Assembly (NCBI GenBank): GCA_965240325.2
Contig: OZ251243.1
Location: forward strand, 62,001-126,000
Origin: Rebecca billardiae RCC1528
Lineage: Eukaryota; Protista; Haptophyta
Direction of reading: 5' to 3'
Length of the DNA: 64,000 nt
This document shows, piece by piece, positions 58,257 through 64,000 of this stretch. The notes below the pieces were generated by a model, which was not told the DNA's origin, did not search any database, and worked only from the letters and a program-made list of their open reading frames with translations. Numbering within the stretch: position 1 is the stretch's first letter; every line of letters begins with the position of its first letter. Made by a program: the position numbers and the translations under genes.

Positions 58257-59552
58257 TCAGAGGCGCGTCGCCGGCGTCGTGCCGTCCTCGCTCGGCGCGG
58301 CGACGGCGTCTGCAGGCTCCGCCGGCGCGGCCGGCCCGGCTGCGGCCGGCGCGGCGGCGGCGGCGGCGGCGGCGCGCTCTGCCGCGCGCTCGCGCTGCGC
58401 GCCGGGCACGTCGCGCAGGTTGGCGGGCTGCGCAAAGAGCGAGCGCACGATGCCGTGCAGCAGGCGCACCTCCGACGCGCTCGGGCGCAGCCGCAGCAGC
58501 ATGTTGCGCAGCTTCGGGTAGATCGACTCCACGCGCTCCTGCGGGAAGCGCTCCGACGCCTTGAGCCCCGCGCCCAGCCGCGCCATCAGGGCCTCGGTCT
58601 CAGCGCACGTGGCGGGGGGCGAGGTGGCGTCCGGGGCGGGCGCGGGCGCGGGGCCGGCGGCGGGCTGCGCCGCGACGCGCTGCAGCCCGCCGCGCGGCCG
58701 CGCGCCCGCCTCGGCCTCGGCGCCCCCCGCCTCCGCCGCCTCCGCCGCCTCCGCCGCCCCGAGCGCCCCCGCGCCGCCGCCGTCCGGCGCCGGCCTGAGG
58801 CCGAGAGACATCAGCGCGAGCCAGACCTCGTACGCGATGACCATCACGGCGTGCGAGAGGTTGAGCGAGCCGAAGAGCATGTTCGACGGGATCGAGACCA
58901 GCTCGTGCGCCACGTCCACCTCCTCGTTCGACAGCCCGTTCCGCTCCGAGCCGAAGAGGATGCACGCGCGCTGGCCCGCGCGCACGGACTGCGCGACGCG
59001 CGCGGCCGCCTCGGACGGCACGAGCGGCTCGGGCTTGTTCGAGTCGCGGAAGCGCGCGGTCGTGGCGAGGACGAGGTGCATGTCGGCGATCGCCTCGCCC
59101 AGGTCGTCGTACACCTGCGCCGCCTCGAGCACCTCGCGCGCGCCCGACGCGCACTCGAGCGCATCCCGGTTGAGCCAGGTGGCGTGTGCCGGCTGCACGA
59201 TCCGCAGCTCGGTCAGGCCGAAGTTGAGCATGGAGCGCGCGACCTGGCCGATGTTCTGCGAGGCGAAGGGGCGGACGAGCACGACCGTCGGCCCGGCGTA
59301 CGCCTCGCGCGAGTACGCGAACGCCTCCTCCTTCGAGAAGACGTTGCGCGCCTGCTGCGCGAGCACCGAGTCAGTCGGCAGTACGGCCGAGTCCGCCTGC
59401 TCGAGGAACTGGCGCACCTTGCGGTACGACGGCTTGTGCGTGTTCATCAGCGCGACGCTCACGCGCGTGCACCCGCCCGCCGGCCGGAGCGCGCGCGAGT
59501 GGTGCGCAGCCGCGTGCAGCATCGCCGTCCACAGGGGCAGCGTGGACGGCAT
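58257..59552 (-). CDS. trmJ: SPOUT tRNA 2'-O-methyltransferase, TrmJ/LasT family, likely organellar
   Basis: VVLVRPFASQNIGQVARSMLNFG, LFGSERNGLSNEE, SLNLSHAV, EVRLLHGI. Confidence 0.9.
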   Translation of the reverse strand: MPSTLPLWTAMLHAAAHHSRALRPAGGCTRVSVALMNTHKPSYRKVRQFLEQADSAVLPTDSVLAQQARNVFSKEEAFAYSREAYAGPTVVLVRPFASQNIGQVARSMLNFGLTELRIVQPAHATWLNRDALECASGAREVLEAAQVYDDLGEAIADMHLVLATTARFRDSNKPEPLVPSEAAARVAQSVRAGQRACILFGSERNGLSNEEVDVAHELVSIPSNMLFGSLNLSHAVMVIAYEVWLALMSLGLRPAPDGGGAGALGAAEAAEAAEAGGAEAEAGARPRGGLQRVAAQPAAGPAPAPAPDATSPPATCAETEALMARLGAGLKASERFPQERVESIYPKLRNMLLRLRPSASEVRLLHGIVRSLFAQPANLRDVPGAQRERAAERAAAAAAAAPAAAGPAAPAEPADAVAAPSEDGTTPATRL

Positions 59553-59744
59553 CTTGCGGCAGCCCGACCGACGACCTCGTGGCCGCTCGAGCAAACTTGC
59601 TTGCTTGTGCTGCAGGCCGCAGCCGAGGCGCCATCGTGCGGCCAAGCGCGTCCACTCCGCCCGCCTCGAGCTTGTGCAAGTTTGCGCGCTGCTGCTGCTG
59701 GTGCCAGCAAGCAGGCTGCGCTGGGCGCGGGCGGCGACACGGCC

Positions 59745-60806
59745 ATGGCCGATCCGAGCCGGCTCACGTTCGGGCTGAGCGCGAAGCCGGGGCTGCAGAC
59801 GGGGCAGAAGGGCAAGAAGTACGGCCTGCTCAAGCCCGCCGCCGGCGCCGCCGCCTCCGTCTTCGGCGCGGCCGCGCTCGAGGCGCCGAGCACGAGCGAG
59901 CAGGTGCAGCGGGATGCGCGCGCGCGCGCGGCGCGCGTGGACACGCAGCAGCTGCACGCCGCGGCGCTGGAAGAGGACCCGACGGTGTTCGACTACGACG
60001 GCGTGTTCGACGCCATGCAGCACCAGCGCGGCGCCGAGCAGCAGGCCGCGGCCGCGCGCGACAACCGGCCGCGCTACATTGGCGGGCTGATCGCCGCCGC
60101 CAAGGTGCGCGAGGTGGAGAACGAGCGCGTGTACGAGCGCAAGCTGCTGCGCGAGCGCGACGCGGAGGAGGCGCTGTACCCGGACAAGGACAAGTTCGTC
60201 ACGAGCGCGTACAAGCGCAAGCTCGCCGAGCGCGCCGAGTACGACGCGCAGCAGCGCGCGCAGGAGGCGCTGGACGCGCAGCAGGACGTCACCAAGCGCA
60301 CCGGACTCGCCGACTTCCACCGCCACCTGCTCTTCGGCGGGGCGGGGCAGGGCGGGGCGGGGGAGACGCTCGCGCGGCCGGCGGCGCCGCCGCCCGCGCC
60401 GCGCGACGCCGCGGGCCCCGCGCCGGACGGCGCCGCGCGCGCGCCGGGCGGTGAGGGCGCGGCCGAGCCGACGGCAGCGGCGGCCGGCGCGGAGCCGCGC
60501 CGAGCGCCGCCCGAGGCCGCGGCGCCGAGCGCGGCGGCGGGCCCCGCGGGCGCGGGCGCGGGCGGCGGCGTGGCGGCCGCGGCACCGCATGCCGCGCCAC
60601 ACGCGCCAGGCCCGGCGCGCGGCGGCGGCGCGCCTGCCGGCGCGAGCGGCGCACAGCCGCCAGCGGTCGCGGCGGCGGAGGCGGCGGCGGCCGCTGCCGC
60701 TGCCGCCGGCAAGGCGGCCGCCGCTGCGATGCGCAGGAACGACCTGTCGGCGGTGGAGGCCGCGCGCGAGCGCTACTTGCAGCGGAAGCGCGCGCGCCAG
60801 TCGTAG
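59745..60806 (+). CDS. NSRP1: Nuclear speckle splicing regulator NSRP1/CCDC55 (DUF2040)
   Basis: ALEEDPTVFDYDGVFD, PRYIGGL, DKDKFVTSAYK, AARERYLQRK. Confidence 0.9.
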   Translation: MADPSRLTFGLSAKPGLQTGQKGKKYGLLKPAAGAAASVFGAAALEAPSTSEQVQRDARARAARVDTQQLHAAALEEDPTVFDYDGVFDAMQHQRGAEQQAAAARDNRPRYIGGLIAAAKVREVENERVYERKLLRERDAEEALYPDKDKFVTSAYKRKLAERAEYDAQQRAQEALDAQQDVTKRTGLADFHRHLLFGGAGQGGAGETLARPAAPPPAPRDAAGPAPDGAARAPGGEGAAEPTAAAAGAEPRRAPPEAAAPSAAAGPAGAGAGGGVAAAAPHAAPHAPGPARGGGAPAGASGAQPPAVAAAEAAAAAAAAAGKAAAAAMRRNDLSAVEAARERYLQRKRARQS

Positions 60807-61286
60807 TCGCCCGGCGGTGGTGTTCATCATCATCCAGGCCGGGCATCATGCGTACGGCCACGCACTAGCGCGCAGTCACTTCCTCGCGGCGGACTTCGGA
60901 CGACTTCCGAGCGCCCCGCCCGCCGCCGGCACGGTGTAATAATATATATATATATACGGGCGCGCCGACCGCGCATCCGCCTCATCGTCATCAGCATCAC
61001 CACAGCAGCACATCATCGTCACGCGGTCGTCATGCTACAGTAGTACTTGATGGCATATGCACTCATGCACCCGGATCGCATATCATCGTCATTATTGCTG
61101 ACGAACGAAGAATATGAAGCGCGCAGCGCGAGCACCGCAGCAGCAGCCTTGCAGCCCGCGCACCGGCGGCCCGACTCGCCGGCCGTGGGCACTAGCAGCG
61201 TCATCCTCACCAGCACGACTGCTCGTACGGCAGCGCGGTCGCGCGGCGCGGCACTCGGCATCCGGCGGCCCGTCACGCCGATCAGC

Positions 61287-63644
61287 TCAGGGCGGGGCAG
61301 CGGCGGCAGCGCCCCCGGCCGAGGCCGGCGGAGCGGCCGGCGGCTTTGGCCCGGCGCGGCGCGGCGCCGCGCCGCTGTGACGCCGGCCGCGCGCCGGCGC
61401 CTTCCCGCGGCGGGCGCGGCGGCCGGCCGGCCGAGCGCGCTCGCCGCCCGACGCCGCTCCCTGGGCCGTCGTGCCCCCCTTCCCCTCCCCCTTCCCCACC
61501 GCCGCCGCCGCCGCCGCCTTTGCGCCGCCGCCGTCGTCGTCGTCGTCGTCCGCGCGCGCGAGTCCGCGCATCGCGTCCTCCTGCACACCGAGCAGACGCG
61601 CGACGGCGCGCGCGACGCGCACGCCGTCCACCGCCGCGCTGACGATCCCGCCCGCCCAGCCCGCGCCCTCGCCGCACGGATGCAGCCCGCCCAGCCCCAC
61701 CGCCTCGAGCCCGCGCTCCGTTCTGAGCACGCGCGTCGGGCACGAGGTGCGTGTCTCCACTCCGTGCAGCAGCGCGGCCGGGTGCGAGGCAAAGCCCGGC
61801 AGCTGCTCCTCCCACGCGTGCAGCGCGGAGCGCAGGCTCGCGACGATCGGCGCGGGGTACAGCTCGTCCAGCCGGCCGGGCCGCACGCCCAGCCGGTACG
61901 ACGACGGCGGCACGTCCGCGCCCGCCGTCGCCGCTCCCGCCAAGAAGTCGCTCGCGCGCTGCACGGGCGCCACCAGCCCGCCGCCACCCATGATAGCCGC
62001 CGCCGCCTCCGCCTCGCGCTGGAAGGCAAGGCCAGCGAGCGCACCCTCGGCCGCGTGCGGCGCGAGCGCGTCCTCGCCGACCTGCGTCACCACCGCCGCG
62101 TTCGCCCAGCCGCTCTGCCGCCTGCTGAAGCTCATCCCGTTCACGCACAGGTGCTCCGGGTCGACCGAGGTGGGCACCACCTGGCCGCCCGGGCACATGC
62201 AGAACGAGAACGCGTCGCGCTGCCGTGGCTGCAGGGGGGCGGAGGCGGCGGCGGCGGCGGCGGAGGCCGGGGGCTGCCACGTGAGGCGGTAGTCCGCGGC
62301 GGGCAGCGCGCCGCTCGCCACCGCCGCCGCGTGCGCCCCCAGCCGCGCGTCGTTCACGAACCCCTGCGGGTGCTCGATGCGGAAGCCGACGGCGAACGGC
62401 TTTGGCGCCAGCAGCACGCCAGCCGCCTGCAGCGACAGCAGCAGCGCGCGAGCGGAGTGGCCGACGGCTAGGACGACGCGCTCGGCGAGGACGGTGCTCT
62501 GCGCGCCCGCGCGCTCCTCGCCCGCCTCCGCCACGTGCACCCCCGCCACCCGCCCGCCCACCACGTGCAGCCCCTGCACGCGCGCCCCCCAGCGGAAGCG
62601 CACGCCCCTTTCCAGCAGGTGTGCGCGCGCCGCGCGCAGAATGCGCACGAGTCGGTCTGTGCCCAGGTGCGGCTTGCCGTCCACGAGGATGCGCGGCGGC
62701 GCGCCGTGCTGCACGAGCGCGGCCAGCACGCCGCGCACCGCGCCCGAGTTGCGCCCGATCCGCGTCGTCAGCTTGCCGTCCGACCACGTGCCCGCGCCGC
62801 CCTCGCCGAAGCAGAAGTTGGAATCTTTGAGCAGCTGACGCCGCCCCATCATGCGGCCGATGTCGCGGCCGCGCAGCTCGACGGGCTGGCCGCGCTCGAG
62901 GACGAGCACGTCGGTCACGCCCGCGTCGGCCAGCGTGAGCGCCGCGAACAGGCCCGCTGGGCCCGCCCCCACGATCACCACGCGCGCGCGCAGCTCAGCG
63001 GCGGCGGGCGGCGGCGGCACCGCCGTCGCCGCGGCCGCGGCCGCGCCGCCGCCGCCGCCGCCGCCAGCCGCCGCCGCCGCGCCCGCGCCCGGCGGCGCGG
63101 CGGCGGGCGCGGGCGGCGGCGGCAGCGGCGCGGCGGCGGCGGGCAGCGGCTCCAGCTGCGCGCACGCGCGCAGCCGCACCTCCGGCGGCAGCGCCAGCTC
63201 GACGATGTACACGTAGCGGGGGCCCGCCGCCGCGGCCGTCCCGCCGCCGCCGCCGCCGCCGCCGCCGCGCCGCGAGCGCCGCGCGTCGAGCGAGCGGCGG
63301 ACGACGGTGACGGGCGGCGGGGCGCCGCCATCGGCGGGCACGAGCAACTCCGCCCCGACGCCCACGCGCGAGGCGATCGCCTCGCGCAGCGCGTCGCTCA
63401 CGCCGTCGCCCGCCTCGTCCTGCCACCACGGCGCGCCCGGCTGCACCGCCGCCGCCTCGTACGGCACAGCGATGCCGGAGAGGCGGTAGCGCCGGAGGGG
63501 CGCGGGGCGGGCGGCGGGGCTCGGGGCGCACATGCGCGCGCGGACGCGCGGCGCCGCGCCGGGCGCGGCGCGCGCGCGCGCGAGCGGCGCGGCGCGGCCG
63601 TGCGCGAGCAGCGCGGCCGCCACGAGGACCGTCCAGCGCGGCAT
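61287..63644 (-). CDS. Uncharacterised FAD-dependent oxidoreductase (COG2509-type), probably plastid-targeted
   Basis: IVGAGPAGLFAA, SNFCFGEGGAGTWSDGKL, KPHLGTD, FSFCMCPGG, GVETRTS, PCGEGAGWAGGIVSAAVDG; signal peptide from ATG 63644. Confidence 0.92.
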   Translation of the reverse strand: MPRWTVLVAAALLAHGRAAPLARARAAPGAAPRVRARMCAPSPAARPAPLRRYRLSGIAVPYEAAAVQPGAPWWQDEAGDGVSDALREAIASRVGVGAELLVPADGGAPPPVTVVRRSLDARRSRRGGGGGGGGGTAAAAGPRYVYIVELALPPEVRLRACAQLEPLPAAAAPLPPPPAPAAAPPGAGAAAAAGGGGGGGAAAAAATAVPPPPAAAELRARVVIVGAGPAGLFAALTLADAGVTDVLVLERGQPVELRGRDIGRMMGRRQLLKDSNFCFGEGGAGTWSDGKLTTRIGRNSGAVRGVLAALVQHGAPPRILVDGKPHLGTDRLVRILRAARAHLLERGVRFRWGARVQGLHVVGGRVAGVHVAEAGEERAGAQSTVLAERVVLAVGHSARALLLSLQAAGVLLAPKPFAVGFRIEHPQGFVNDARLGAHAAAVASGALPAADYRLTWQPPASAAAAAASAPLQPRQRDAFSFCMCPGGQVVPTSVDPEHLCVNGMSFSRRQSGWANAAVVTQVGEDALAPHAAEGALAGLAFQREAEAAAAIMGGGGLVAPVQRASDFLAGAATAGADVPPSSYRLGVRPGRLDELYPAPIVASLRSALHAWEEQLPGFASHPAALLHGVETRTSCPTRVLRTERGLEAVGLGGLHPCGEGAGWAGGIVSAAVDGVRVARAVARLLGVQEDAMRGLARADDDDDDGGGAKAAAAAAVGKGEGKGGTTAQGAASGGERARPAGRRARRGKAPARGRRHSGAAPRRAGPKPPAAPPASAGGAAAAAPP

Positions 63645-64000
63645 CGCCCGCGGAGCTGACCGCAGCACGAAGCCGCCGCGGTCCGGTGATGTGCGGGGCC
63701 GGACCACAGCAGCAGCGGGCCCTTCGCTGGGCCAAGTGGAATAGTGGACCGATGCATGCGCGCACGTCGCCGTCGGCAAGGGTGGTCCCGTCGGTCTGGG
63801 CGTCTTCGCCCTTGGCGGAGCCAAGGGACCTAACCCAAAAAGCGTTGAAGGCTATCTCCTTTGGCGGAGCACGGCCAAGATAGCCGCCACCAAGCTCAAA
63901 GCTGTGACCAACATCGTTACGTCGCGGCCCGGCCGCCGCCGACACGGGCCGGCGGACGCGGTACTACGGGCTAATGATAGACGCCGCATTAAGGCCTCCC

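Noticed and set aside
57975-60833. Apparent 943-aa and 858-aa fully overlapping ORFs
   Set aside because: These are stop-free upstream extensions of two ordinary divergent genes (NSRP1 from 59745, trmJ from 59552).

Overview
Very GC-rich eukaryotic nuclear DNA. Short GC-rich spliceosomal introns (one with a GC donor) and bipartite signal plus plastid-transit N-termini suggest an alga with a secondary red plastid, probably a haptophyte (inference). About 20 protein-coding genes are supported: a Sin3-like 5' fragment, a sulfotransferase-like protein, an ICMT/PEMT-family methyltransferase, an ankyrin-TBC-EF-hand protein, DnaJ-X, DUF1622, SEC63, DUF1826, a CPFC glutaredoxin, two SAM-domain paralogues, a KMO-like monooxygenase, a cupredoxin-DUF305 protein, an NWD-type NACHT-WD40 protein, a PTP/DSP phosphatase, TrmJ, NSRP1, an FAD oxidoreductase and two hypothetical ORFs. 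Intergenic DNA holds many non-autonomous mobile elements whose ends can be read directly: two hAT-type MITE copies with 8-bp TSDs, two long foldback elements, two further TIR elements, and a 1.2-kb non-coding element with split-direct-repeat (A-internal-B-A-B) layout inside a (TA)n tract. The most notable candidates are (i) the head-to-head pair of SAM plus toxin/IQM-like 'GH..LAG....AGE...WSNxSGTYxxP' domain genes sharing a near-identical ~180-nt core, and (ii) the miniature split-direct-repeat element. Most long ORFs in the supplied track are shadow ORFs caused by high GC. All family calls come from motif recognition by eye; no database search was run.
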